The notes under the pieces were generated by a model, which saw nothing but the letters and a program-made list of their open reading frames with translations, ran no database searches and was not told the origin of the DNA. DNA of 64,000 nucleotides from an uncultured Bacteroidia bacterium. GTDB lineage: Bacteria; Bacteroidota; Bacteroidia; Bacteroidales; UBA932. Location of the stretch: assembly GCA_902797035.1 (NCBI GenBank), contig CADBRH010000055.1, forward strand, positions 13,178 through 77,177, given 5' to 3'. Each line of letters starts with the position of its first letter. The first letter of the stretch is position 1. This document shows positions 28,153-37,620 of this stretch, one piece after another. Made by a program: the position numbers and the translations under genes.

Positions 28153-31100
28153 TTAGAAGGTAAGGTTCACGCCGAAGGTAATGGTCTTGTAAGCACCGTT
28201 GCTACCATAGCGGTCGGAACCGGCGTTAGCGGCGATAGTGCCTGCATTCTCAGGATCGATACCGGACCAGTTGGATATGGTGATGAGGTCGGTTGCGGCA
28301 ACATAGATGCGGGTCGCATTCAGGCCGATGACCTTGGTGAACCTGGGATCGATATTGTAGGAGAACACGAGATCCTTGAGTTTTAAGAATGTACGGGGAT
28401 TCCAGAACTGATAGTTCAGGGATTTGCCAAGGGTGGAATTGTTCCATCCGTAACGGGGATACCTGTCTCCGTCACCCTCGGCCTGCCAAGGCTTCATGGC
28501 TGCGAGCTGGGCGCCACTGGTCATGGTCGTTCCGAAAGCGTTCGGGTCGAACCAGAGGAAGTGGGTCTCGTCTCCCTGAGCCCAACGGAAGTTGAAATAG
28601 AGGGAGAAACCCTTCCAGCTCAACGTGTTGCCAAAGTTCACGGTGAAGAGAGGATCCGGGGAACCGATATAGTGGCGGTCGTCAGCGGTGATCTTTCCGT
28701 CACCATTGTAATCCTCGAACTTGATGTCGCCGGGTACTGCGTCAGGCTGAACACCATGAGCATCGATCTCAGCCTGGTTCTGGAAGACACCAAGCTTCTT
28801 TACGTCGTAAGCGGCACCGATAGGATAACCGACCTGGAGGGCATAGTAGGAATCGAAACCGTAAGAAGTTGCGTTCGCGATATCATCAGCTTCCTTGCCG
28901 TCATAGCCGGGGCCGAAGAGGGATACGAGCTTGTTGGCGTTGGAATCGAACACGAGGTTGCTTTCCCAACGGAAGGAGTCCCTGCCGTTTCCATTGATGT
29001 TGACGGAATTGAGGGCGATCTCTATACCCTTGTTGGAAACCTTACCCACATTGTCCCACACATCAGTGTAACCGGAGAAATAAGGTGCACTGCGGCGGAC
29101 AAGCATGTTGGTGGTGTTTCCGGCATAGACATCGATGCTACCGTTCAGGCGGCTCTCCAGAACAGCGAAGTCCAGACCGATATTGTACTTCTCGACGGTA
29201 GCCCAAGTCAAATTGGGGTTAGGTACGTTGGTCATGGCCATACCAAGGTTGCTCTGGTCGCCCAGCCAAGTCATAGAGATGTTACCATTATTGCTGGTGT
29301 CTTTCTCAACAGTAGCCTGGGTGGCTCCGGGGGAAACCGAACGGGAACCGTTCTGACCCCAGGAGAGACGCAGCTTCAGGAAGTCGAAAGGTCCGTCATT
29401 CATGAATTCCTCGTTGGAGATGACCCATGCCGCTGAAGCGCCATAGAAGTTGCCCCACTTGCGGCCGGCGCCGAAGGCTGAATAACCGTCACGACGGAAG
29501 TTGAAGGTGAGGTAATACTTGTTGGCGAAGTTGTAGTTGGCCCTTGCGAGATAACCGATGGCCTGGGACTCGGTACGTGTCCTGTTGGGAGTCCAAGTGG
29601 TAGCGGTGGAAAGGTTATAGACACCGAGGGTGGTAGGTGTATCGAATCCGCTGAATCCAACCGAGAGACCGTTGCTGTTGGTTTTCTCACGGGTATAACC
29701 CAGCATGACGTCCATGTGATGCCTTCCGAAATCCTTGGTGTAGGTCAGGATGTTATCGATATTCCATGCCGCATAGTTGGACATCGAGGAATTACCGCTG
29801 GCTGAGGCGTTGAACTGCTGAGGGTTGTCCATATCGGTGACCCTTTCGGTGTTGACCTTGATCTCCGGCCTGTTGAACACGTCGGTATAGGAGGCGTTGC
29901 GCTGTCCCTGGAGGGTGACCTTGAAGCTCAATCCGGGGATGAACGGGAAGTCGACCTGTGCGTAGGCGACACCGTTGAGATTGCCGCTCTTGCTGCTGCG
30001 GTTTGTCCACAGGTGAGAGTCATTCTCGCCGGCGCCCCAGTAAGGGCTGGCGGTGCTTCCGTCAGGAACGCTGTTGTACCAATTCTCGTAACCGGCCTGG
30101 CGTGCGTAAACGTATGAAAGAGGAGTCATCCAGAAAGCGTTCTGGATCTTGGCGGTCTGACCCCAGCTGTTGGCCCAGAGGTAGTTGGCCTTGGCGCCGA
30201 CGGTCAGCCATTCGTTAACGTTGATGTCGACCTTACCCATCGCTCCGGCCTTCTCATAATCGTCACCCTTGCGGATGCCCTGCTGACGGGTGTAGTCGGA
30301 TGATACATAGTAGCTGACATTCTTTGCCTTTCCTCCAACGCTCACGTCATACTTCTGTCCGGCACCCTTCCGGGAGATCTCGTCAAGCCAGTTGACCCAC
30401 TTACCGTCATTCCAGGCGTCAAGCTCACGGGCTGAAAGCAGACCTGAATTGGCTGCGGCGTCAAGATTTGCGAAATCACTCCAGTTCTTGCCTGTGAAGT
30501 TGGCGTTACCGACAGCCTGCTGGCTGTAGAAGCGGTTCTTCAGGAAGGTCTCCTTGTCGGATACCATCTTGGGCATGCGGCTCCAGTCGGAGATGCTGTA
30601 GCTGGCGTTGAAGTTCACGACAGGCTTCTCGCTTGTTCCATGCTTTGTGGTGATGATGATGACACCGTTAGCGGCGCGGGATCCGTAGATGGCCGCTGCA
30701 GAAGCGTCCTTCAGGACGTCGATGCTCTGGATGTCGGCGGTGTTAATCGAGTTGATCGAACCGTAGGAGAGGACACCGTCGATGACAAGCAGAGGCTGAT
30801 TGACGCTCTGCGCGGATGCGGAGATGCTGCCTCCGGTAGGGATGGCGTTCTTACCGCGGATGGTCATGGTTGCGGTGTTGTCTCCACCTGCGGTGCTGGT
30901 CGGCATATAATTCAGACCTGCGACCTTGCTGGAAAGAGCAGCGAGAGCGTTAGGGTTAGGCAAAGAGGCCACATTGGCATCATTGGCATAGTTAACGCTG
31001 GCGATGGCACCGGAGACGTCCTTCTTGCGGGCCGTACCGTAACCAACCACGACAACTTCGTCAAGGAAGGCCGCGTCATCCTTCAGCTGGACATTGATCG

Positions 31101-31365
31101 TCCTCTGGGATCCGACGTTGATTTCCTGGGCGGCGAAGCCGATGCTGGAGAAGACCAGGACGGCACCCTGCTTGAGATTGGACAGGCTGTAATTACCGTC
31201 ATAGTCCGTCATTGTGCCGTTAGTGGTGCCCTTTACGAGGACATTCACTCCGACAAGAGGTTCCCCAGACTGGTCCGTAACCTTACCGGAAACGGATGTC
31301 TGGGCAAATGCTTGCGCTCCTATTAATAGAAGCGTGAGCATGGCCGTAATGATACGTTTACTCAT
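28153..31365 (-). CDS. susC: SusC/RagA TonB-dependent transporter (left copy)
   Basis: Start MSKRIITAM; LDEVVVVGYG, VLKDASAAAIYGSRAANGVIIITTK, FLKLRLSWGQNG, C-terminal Phe. Confidence 0.97.
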   Translation of the reverse strand: MSKRIITAMLTLLLIGAQAFAQTSVSGKVTDQSGEPLVGVNVLVKGTTNGTMTDYDGNYSLSNLKQGAVLVFSSIGFAAQEINVGSQRTINVQLKDDAAFLDEVVVVGYGTARKKDVSGAIASVNYANDANVASLPNPNALAALSSKVAGLNYMPTSTAGGDNTATMTIRGKNAIPTGGSISASAQSVNQPLLVIDGVLSYGSINSINTADIQSIDVLKDASAAAIYGSRAANGVIIITTKHGTSEKPVVNFNASYSISDWSRMPKMVSDKETFLKNRFYSQQAVGNANFTGKNWSDFANLDAAANSGLLSARELDAWNDGKWVNWLDEISRKGAGQKYDVSVGGKAKNVSYYVSSDYTRQQGIRKGDDYEKAGAMGKVDINVNEWLTVGAKANYLWANSWGQTAKIQNAFWMTPLSYVYARQAGYENWYNSVPDGSTASPYWGAGENDSHLWTNRSSKSGNLNGVAYAQVDFPFIPGLSFKVTLQGQRNASYTDVFNRPEIKVNTERVTDMDNPQQFNASASGNSSMSNYAAWNIDNILTYTKDFGRHHMDVMLGYTREKTNSNGLSVGFSGFDTPTTLGVYNLSTATTWTPNRTRTESQAIGYLARANYNFANKYYLTFNFRRDGYSAFGAGRKWGNFYGASAAWVISNEEFMNDGPFDFLKLRLSWGQNGSRSVSPGATQATVEKDTSNNGNISMTWLGDQSNLGMAMTNVPNPNLTWATVEKYNIGLDFAVLESRLNGSIDVYAGNTTNMLVRRSAPYFSGYTDVWDNVGKVSNKGIEIALNSVNINGNGRDSFRWESNLVFDSNANKLVSLFGPGYDGKEADDIANATSYGFDSYYALQVGYPIGAAYDVKKLGVFQNQAEIDAHGVQPDAVPGDIKFEDYNGDGKITADDRHYIGSPDPLFTVNFGNTLSWKGFSLYFNFRWAQGDETHFLWFDPNAFGTTMTSGAQLAAMKPWQAEGDGDRYPRYGWNNSTLGKSLNYQFWNPRTFLKLKDLVFSYNIDPRFTKVIGLNATRIYVAATDLITISNWSGIDPENAGTIAANAGSDRYGSNGAYKTITFGVNLTF
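31204..31277. repeat. left arm of perfect 74-bp inverted repeat in susC 5' region
   Basis: Exact reverse complement of 31861-31934. Confidence 0.95.
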
Positions 31366-31509
31366 AAAAACAGATAGTTTAAAAGGATTTAATATCAATT
31401 GGTTCATTTTTACTAAATACCTCATTAATAATGATAATCGTAACTTCTTAAACGTTAAAGTGTTAAAAAAATCAACAAATCTCTTTTCGTCTTATTGCAA
31501 CAAATTGAG

Positions 31510-31533
31510 CAAACCTAAAACTCAACAAATATA
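31510..31533 (-). promoter_or_regulatory. candidate -7 elements (TAGGTTTG, TATATTTG) facing the left susC
   Basis: Two TAnnTTTG matches on the minus strand; none seen on the plus strand of the spacer. Confidence 0.5.
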
Positions 31534-31697
31534 GAAACAATAAAAATAATAACCAATTATTGCAAAAAACCAGTGGTCAGGAATGCGGAAAATAATATAT
31601 AAATACTTGATATATAGAGTATTGTTCTGATCGTTCCTCCAACCGTTCCCGATTCCCCGAAAACGCTCCTTTTCCGGACAATTTCTCTCGCGCCGCC

Positions 31698-31721
31698 GCC
31701 ATCCGGCAAGGGTGGTTTTTT
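31698..31721 (+). terminator. terminator-like hairpin ~50 bp upstream of the right susC
   Basis: GCCATCC-GGCAA-GGGTGGT followed by TTTTT. Confidence 0.5.
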
Positions 31722-31772
31722 ATTAAAGAGGTATTTGATTACAATCCATAACCATTTTTAATATTTCTTTTT

Positions 31773-34700
31773 ATGAGTAAACGTTTCATTACGGCCATGC
31801 TTGCGCTTCTATTCATAGGAGTGCAGGCATTCGCCCAGTCGGCCGTTTCCGGTAAGGTCTCGGACCAGTCTGGGGAACCTCTTGTCGGAGTGAATGTCCT
31901 CGTAAAGGGCACCACTAACGGCACAATGACGGACCTTGACGGAAACTACAACCTGCCCAACGTCAGGCAGGGCGCCGTCCTGGTCTTCTCAAGCATCGGC
32001 TACGCTTCTCAGGAAGTCACCGTCGGCTCTCAGAGGACAATCAATGTCCAGCTGAAAGACGACGCCGCTTTCCTTGACGAGGTTGTGGTTGTCGGTTACG
32101 GAACCGCCCGCAAGAAGGACGTCTCCGGAGCTATCGCCAGCGTCAACTACGCTAACGACTCCAATGTCGCCGCCCTTCCTAACCCGAACGCCCTCGCGGC
32201 TCTGTCCAGCAAGGTGGCGGGTTTGAGCTACGCTCCTACCACAAGCGCCGCTGGAGACAACACCTCCACGATGACCATCCGCGGTAAGAACGCCATCCCT
32301 ACCGGTGGCTCGATGTCCGCCTCCGCGCAGAGTGTCAACCAGCCTCTGCTCGTCATCGACGGTGTCCTTTCCTACGGCTCGATCAACTCGATCAACACCG
32401 CCGACATCGAGAGCATCGATGTCCTGAAGGACGCCTCCGCTGCCGCCATCTACGGATCCCGCGCCGCTAACGGTGTCATCATCATCACCACCAAGAAGGG
32501 AACCGCTTCCGCTCCCGTCGTGAACTTCAACGGCAGCGTCAGTATTTCCGACTGGAACCGCATGCCCAAGATGGTTTCCGACAAGGAGACCTTCCTGAAG
32601 AACCGCTTCTACAGCAAGAAGGGCTCCGGTGATACCTATTTCAAGGATAAGGAATGGAACTATACAAGCCTTGACGCCGCCGCCAACGACAACCTTCTCA
32701 GCGCGCGTGAGCTCGAGGCCTGGAACGACGGCCAGTGGGTCAACTGGATCGACGAGATCTCCCGCAAGGGTGTCGGCCAGAAGTATGACCTGTCTGTGAG
32801 CGGTCGCTCCGAGAGTGTCAACTACTACGTCTCCGGCGACTACACCCGTCAGCAGGGTATCCGCAAGGGTGACGACTACGAGAAGGCCGGCGCCATGGCC
32901 AAGATCGACTTCAAGATCACCGACTGGCTCTCCATGGGTGTCAAGGCCAACTTCCTCGCCTCCAACAGCTGGGGACAGAGCGCCAACCTCCGCTACGCGA
33001 TGTGGTACACCCCTCTATCCTATGTCTATGCCCGTCAGGAAGGTTTCGAGAACTGGTACAACAGTGTTCCCGACAACAACACCGCCAGCCCGTTCATCGG
33101 TACCGGTAAGGATGACTCCTACGCCTACACCGACCGCCAGAGCAAGAGCATGAACCTCAACGGTGTCGGTTATGTCCAGATTGACGTTCCCTTCATTCCC
33201 GGACTCAGCTACAAAGTGACCTTCCAGGGTCAGCGCAACGCCGGTTACTCCGACGTGTACAACAAGCCCGAGCTCTCGGTCAACACCGAGGATGTCACCC
33301 AGATGCAGAATCCCGGCCAGTTCTCCGGCAATGTCACAGGTAGCATCGGCGCTTCCAACTACGCCGCCTGGAACATTGACCAGATTCTCACCTACAACAA
33401 GGACTTCGGCCGTCATCACTTCGACCTGACCGCCGGTTACACCCGTGAGGCCACCAACAGCAACTCGCTGGGTACCAACTTCACCGGTTATCCCACTCCG
33501 ACCACCCTTGGCGTTTACAATATCGAGACCGCCAATTCCGTGACCGAGACCTACCGCAACCGCACCCAGACCCAGTCCGTGGGTTATCTCGCCCGCGTGA
33601 ACTACAACTGGGCCAACAAGTACTACCTGACCGGTAACTTCCGTCGTGACGGTTACTCCGCTTTCGCCTTCGGCCACAAGTGGGGCAACTTCTACGGAGC
33701 CAGCGCCGCTTGGGTGATCTCCAACGAGGAGTTCATGAAGGACGGCCTCTTCGACTTCCTGAAGCTCCGTCTCTCCTGGGGTCAGAACGGTTCCCGTAAC
33801 ATCAGCGCGGGTGCCACTCAGGCGACTGTCGGCAAATCCACCGGTAACAGCGGTGCCAACACCATGACCTGGCTGGGTGACGTGAGTACCCTCGGTATGG
33901 CTCTCAACAACCTTCCTAACAGGAACCTGACCTGGGCCACCGTCGAGAAGATGAACCTCGGTATCGACTTCGCTCTGCTCAACAACCGTATCAACGGTAG
34001 CATCGACGCTTACACCGGACGCACCAAGGACATGCTCGTCGCCCGCTCGGCTCCCTACATCTCCGGTTTCACAGATGTCAATGACAACGTCGGTCTCGTC
34101 ACCAACAAGGGTATCGAGGTCACCATCAACACCGTGAACATCAACGGTAACGGCAGGGATTCCTTCCGTTGGGAGAGCAACCTCGTGTTCGACCTGAACC
34201 GCAACAAACTCGTCTCCCTCTTCGGCCCCGACTACGAGGGCAATGAGGCCGACGACGTCGCCAACGCCGTCTCTTACGGCCGTGAGGCCAATTACGCCCT
34301 GCTGGTCGGAAAACCTCTCGGCGCCGCCTACGACGTCAAGCTGCTCGGCATCTTCAAGGACCAGGCTGAGATTGACGCCCACGGTGTCCAGCCCGACGCC
34401 AAGCCCGGAGACCTCAAGTTCGAGGACTACAACGGCGACGGCAAGATCAACGCCGACGACCGCCAGTACATCGGATCGTCCGATCCTCTGTTCACTGTGA
34501 ACTTCGCCAACACCCTCGCGTGGAAGAACTTCAGCCTGTTCTTCAACTTCCGCTGGGGCCAGGGTGACAAGACCCACTTCATCTGGCTTGACCCGTACGC
34601 CTTCAGCCCGAATATGGGTTCCGGCGCCCAGCTCGCCCGCATGAAGCCTTGGACCGAGAGCAATCCTTCCCAGACCTTCGCCAGGTACGGCTACACCAAC

Positions 34701-34991
34701 ACCATGGACTACCAGTACTGGAACAGCCGCACTTACCTTAAGCTGAAGGACCTCGTTTTCTCCTACACGGTTCCCGCCAACCTGATCAAGCGCGCCGGCA
34801 TCGGCAACCTCCGTTGCTACGTCGCCGCCACCGACCTGCTCACCTTCTCGAACTGGTCCGGTATCGATCCTGAGACCGGTGGCACGATCGCTGCCGGAGC
34901 CGCTTCCAGCAGATTCGGGAGCAACGGCGCCTACAAGACCGTCACCTTCGGTGTCAACCTGACTTTCTCCGACCCCAAAAAGGTTCGCTAA
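31773..34991 (+). CDS. susC: SusC/RagA TonB-dependent transporter (right copy)
   Basis: Close paralog of the left susC with the same motifs; C-terminus extends 7 aa past the usual terminal Phe. Confidence 0.97.
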   Translation: MSKRFITAMLALLFIGVQAFAQSAVSGKVSDQSGEPLVGVNVLVKGTTNGTMTDLDGNYNLPNVRQGAVLVFSSIGYASQEVTVGSQRTINVQLKDDAAFLDEVVVVGYGTARKKDVSGAIASVNYANDSNVAALPNPNALAALSSKVAGLSYAPTTSAAGDNTSTMTIRGKNAIPTGGSMSASAQSVNQPLLVIDGVLSYGSINSINTADIESIDVLKDASAAAIYGSRAANGVIIITTKKGTASAPVVNFNGSVSISDWNRMPKMVSDKETFLKNRFYSKKGSGDTYFKDKEWNYTSLDAAANDNLLSARELEAWNDGQWVNWIDEISRKGVGQKYDLSVSGRSESVNYYVSGDYTRQQGIRKGDDYEKAGAMAKIDFKITDWLSMGVKANFLASNSWGQSANLRYAMWYTPLSYVYARQEGFENWYNSVPDNNTASPFIGTGKDDSYAYTDRQSKSMNLNGVGYVQIDVPFIPGLSYKVTFQGQRNAGYSDVYNKPELSVNTEDVTQMQNPGQFSGNVTGSIGASNYAAWNIDQILTYNKDFGRHHFDLTAGYTREATNSNSLGTNFTGYPTPTTLGVYNIETANSVTETYRNRTQTQSVGYLARVNYNWANKYYLTGNFRRDGYSAFAFGHKWGNFYGASAAWVISNEEFMKDGLFDFLKLRLSWGQNGSRNISAGATQATVGKSTGNSGANTMTWLGDVSTLGMALNNLPNRNLTWATVEKMNLGIDFALLNNRINGSIDAYTGRTKDMLVARSAPYISGFTDVNDNVGLVTNKGIEVTINTVNINGNGRDSFRWESNLVFDLNRNKLVSLFGPDYEGNEADDVANAVSYGREANYALLVGKPLGAAYDVKLLGIFKDQAEIDAHGVQPDAKPGDLKFEDYNGDGKINADDRQYIGSSDPLFTVNFANTLAWKNFSLFFNFRWGQGDKTHFIWLDPYAFSPNMGSGAQLARMKPWTESNPSQTFARYGYTNTMDYQYWNSRTYLKLKDLVFSYTVPANLIKRAGIGNLRCYVAATDLLTFSNWSGIDPETGGTIAAGAASSRFGSNGAYKTVTFGVNLTFSDPKKVR
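31861..31934. repeat. right arm of perfect 74-bp inverted repeat
   Basis: CGGACCAGTCTGGGGAACCTCTTGTCGGAGTGAATGTCCTCGTAAAGGGCACCACTAACGGCACAATGACGGAC. Confidence 0.95.
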
Positions 34992-35012
34992 ATAATTAAA
35001 TAAGCGATAGTT

Positions 35013-37040
35013 ATGAAAAAATACATATTCATTCTTCTCGCGCTTGTTCTTGCCGTTTCCTGCAACGACGAAGCCTTCCTCGAAGAGAAGACTTACAACG
35101 ACGACACCAGCAGCTTCTTCAAGAACCAGCAGTCCATCGAGATCGCTCTGGCGTCGGCTTACTCCAACATCCAGTACATGGTGTTCGGTAACCAGCGTGG
35201 CGGATCCGAGCACAACTGGATGCTCAACGGAATGGGTCTCGACTCTTTCGCCCCCACCAACGCCAACAGCCACTTCTCCAACTGGCCGACCCTGACCGAG
35301 GACAGTGGTTACGCGCGTCACTATGGTGACTACATGTACAAGCTCGCCAACCGCGCCAACACCGTTGTGGACATGATCGACGAGCACCCGGAGATAGAGT
35401 ACTCCACCGCCACGATGAAGGACGAGCTCCGCGCCGAGGCGGTGTTCCTCCGCGCTTGGGCTTACAGGGTCCTCGCCGGCATGTTCGGTTGCCTTGTGTA
35501 TTCCGAGCATATGACCACCGAGGCAAGGTATGATTATGAGATGATTTCCCGTGAGGAAGGTTGGGAGAAGCTTGTTGACGACTTCGCTTACGCCGAGCAG
35601 AACCTCCCCGCCAAGCCTCGTCTGATGGGTACTGTCACCAAGGCCGCCGCCGCCCACTACCTCTCCGAGATCTATCTCTCGCTTGGTAAGTTCAAGGAGG
35701 CCGAGGACGCCGCCAGCCGCGTCATCAACGGCCAGGACGGTGACTATCATCTTATGACCACCCGCTTCGGCAACCGTAAGGATCAAGCCGTTGACCGCTA
35801 CGGCAACTCCCTCGCCGCTCCTCAGGGCGCTTACTGGGACCTCTTCCGTTCCTCCGCCAAGACTGACGGCAAGTTCGCTTCCGATTCCAACCCCAACGAT
35901 CCCGAGAACAAGGAGGCCATCTGGGTCGCCCAGATCGATTACACCCCCGGTGTCGACAACTGGCCTCTCGGAGGGTCCGGTGACTCTTGGTGGCGTATGC
36001 ACGTTCCCGTCCTCGAGTCCACTTGGGCTCCTTGGATACCCATGGGAGGAAAGAACGGAACACGCGTGAGCAAGGAGGGTGAGAAGTTCTATGTCTTCAC
36101 CGCTGACGCCACCTGCTTCCCCGCTGGTGTCGAACCCGCCGGAGCCGGAACTCCCGGAGCTGATATCCCTGAGGCCCAGGGCCGTAAGCTCGCTTACTCC
36201 ATCTCCACCAAACTGGATTCCCTCGCTTGCCGCGCCCAGGGTAACGGCGCCGCGACCGCTCTCGGCATGTACGCCTCCGAGTTCTTCGTGCGTCCCGCCG
36301 GCAGCGTTCTCGGTTCCTACTGGGATGATCCCAACGACTTCCGCGGAAGCGAGGTCATGATCCAGCGCGACTATTACACCCCTTCAGGGAAGAAGTGGTC
36401 TGAGGTCAAGGCCAACATCATGGCCAGGGCCGCCGCTCATCCTGGTGATGACGCCTATGTCCTCACCGCCGCCGACACTGTCAACGTGACTCCTCGTTAC
36501 TGGAAGTTCTCCGATGACAAGCACATCATTGACAACGGCAACTGCTACTACGACACCGACTGGTACATGGTCCGTATCGCCGAGACTTACCTGCTCCGCG
36601 CCGAGGCTCGCCTCGCCCAGGGCAACAAGTCCGGAGCCGCCGATGACCTCAATGTTATCCGCAGCCGCGCCGGCGCCAAACCTTGCGCCGCCTCTGACGT
36701 GGACATTGACTACATCCTCGACGAGCGTGTCCGTGAGCTCTTCGGTGAGGAGCAGCGCTGGGTCACTCTCAGCCGTCTGTCCTGCAACCCGAACGCCACC
36801 TACGTTCTTGAGAAGTATCCTACCCAGAACACGACCACCTCGAACACCCTGTACGAGCGTACCCGCAAGTATGGCTTCGGATATGAGAACGACAACCGTG
36901 GCCGTGAGGAGTACACCGACGAGCTTGGCGCCATCCGCCATCGTCCTAACATCAAGCCTCACAACTACGTGCTTCCTATTCCTGTCCAGATCATCCAGTC
37001 CAACAAGGACGTGAAGATCCCTCAGAACCCTGGATACTAG
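35013..37040 (+). CDS. susD: SusD/RagB-family lipoprotein (right copy)
   Basis: Lipobox AVSC; close paralog of the left susD; ends QNPGY. Confidence 0.95.
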   Translation: MKKYIFILLALVLAVSCNDEAFLEEKTYNDDTSSFFKNQQSIEIALASAYSNIQYMVFGNQRGGSEHNWMLNGMGLDSFAPTNANSHFSNWPTLTEDSGYARHYGDYMYKLANRANTVVDMIDEHPEIEYSTATMKDELRAEAVFLRAWAYRVLAGMFGCLVYSEHMTTEARYDYEMISREEGWEKLVDDFAYAEQNLPAKPRLMGTVTKAAAAHYLSEIYLSLGKFKEAEDAASRVINGQDGDYHLMTTRFGNRKDQAVDRYGNSLAAPQGAYWDLFRSSAKTDGKFASDSNPNDPENKEAIWVAQIDYTPGVDNWPLGGSGDSWWRMHVPVLESTWAPWIPMGGKNGTRVSKEGEKFYVFTADATCFPAGVEPAGAGTPGADIPEAQGRKLAYSISTKLDSLACRAQGNGAATALGMYASEFFVRPAGSVLGSYWDDPNDFRGSEVMIQRDYYTPSGKKWSEVKANIMARAAAHPGDDAYVLTAADTVNVTPRYWKFSDDKHIIDNGNCYYDTDWYMVRIAETYLLRAEARLAQGNKSGAADDLNVIRSRAGAKPCAASDVDIDYILDERVRELFGEEQRWVTLSRLSCNPNATYVLEKYPTQNTTTSNTLYERTRKYGFGYENDNRGREEYTDELGAIRHRPNIKPHNYVLPIPVQIIQSNKDVKIPQNPGY

Positions 37041-37060
37041 TGGTTTGAAGCTTTAAGCGA

Positions 37061-37095
37061 AAAGTCGGTCTCCTTCGGGAGGCCGGCTTTTTTTT
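37061..37095 (+). terminator. intrinsic terminator after right susD
   Basis: AAAGTCGGTCTCC-TTCG-GGAGGCCGGCTTT followed by a T-tract. Confidence 0.9.
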
Positions 37096-37158
37096 CATTT
37101 CCACCATCACATATTCTCCGATATATTCGGTATATTTGTTAAAATCACGCGGAATGAA

Positions 37159-37620
37159 ATGAAAATCAGAGATATCATATTCCCGCTCCTTGCCTCGGTT
37201 CTGCTCGCCGCGGCATCGTGTTCATCAGGTCACGGGCTTGAGAAGATGGCCATGAAGAGGCTGCCGAAAGCCTTGGAAAAGGCGATGGAGGAGCAGATGT
37301 CCCTTAGTGGCGGGGCCCGGATTAAATCCATTGAGACCATCTACGACTGCGACAGCTTGTGCATAATCCACTTCCAGGCGGTGGCTAAGGATCCATCCGG
37401 CAAGGATTTTAGCTTCCCGGTAAGGTATATCTTTCTCCGCGATATGTTCATGAGCGCGGCCGAGGGTCATCCGGTGTATTCGGAGATGGTCACCGGAAGC
37501 CCGACGATGGATCGGGAAGAAGTCAAAAAACTAAAGGAGTCTTGCCGCGAGAATAGCGACGGGCTCTATGTCTATTATGCCGGATCGACAACCCGTATTG
37601 ACTCAGACGACCTATGGTGA
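37159..37620 (+). CDS. hypothetical lipoprotein
   Basis: Lipobox AASC; TATATTTG promoter motif at 37131-37138. Confidence 0.7.
   Translation: MKIRDIIFPLLASVLLAAASCSSGHGLEKMAMKRLPKALEKAMEEQMSLSGGARIKSIETIYDCDSLCIIHFQAVAKDPSGKDFSFPVRYIFLRDMFMSAAEGHPVYSEMVTGSPTMDREEVKKLKESCRENSDGLYVYYAGSTTRIDSDDLW

Noticed and set aside
33015-36002. 995-aa antisense ORF over the right susC/susD
   Set aside because: Shadow frame produced by strong codon bias on the sense strand; V/G-rich with no motifs
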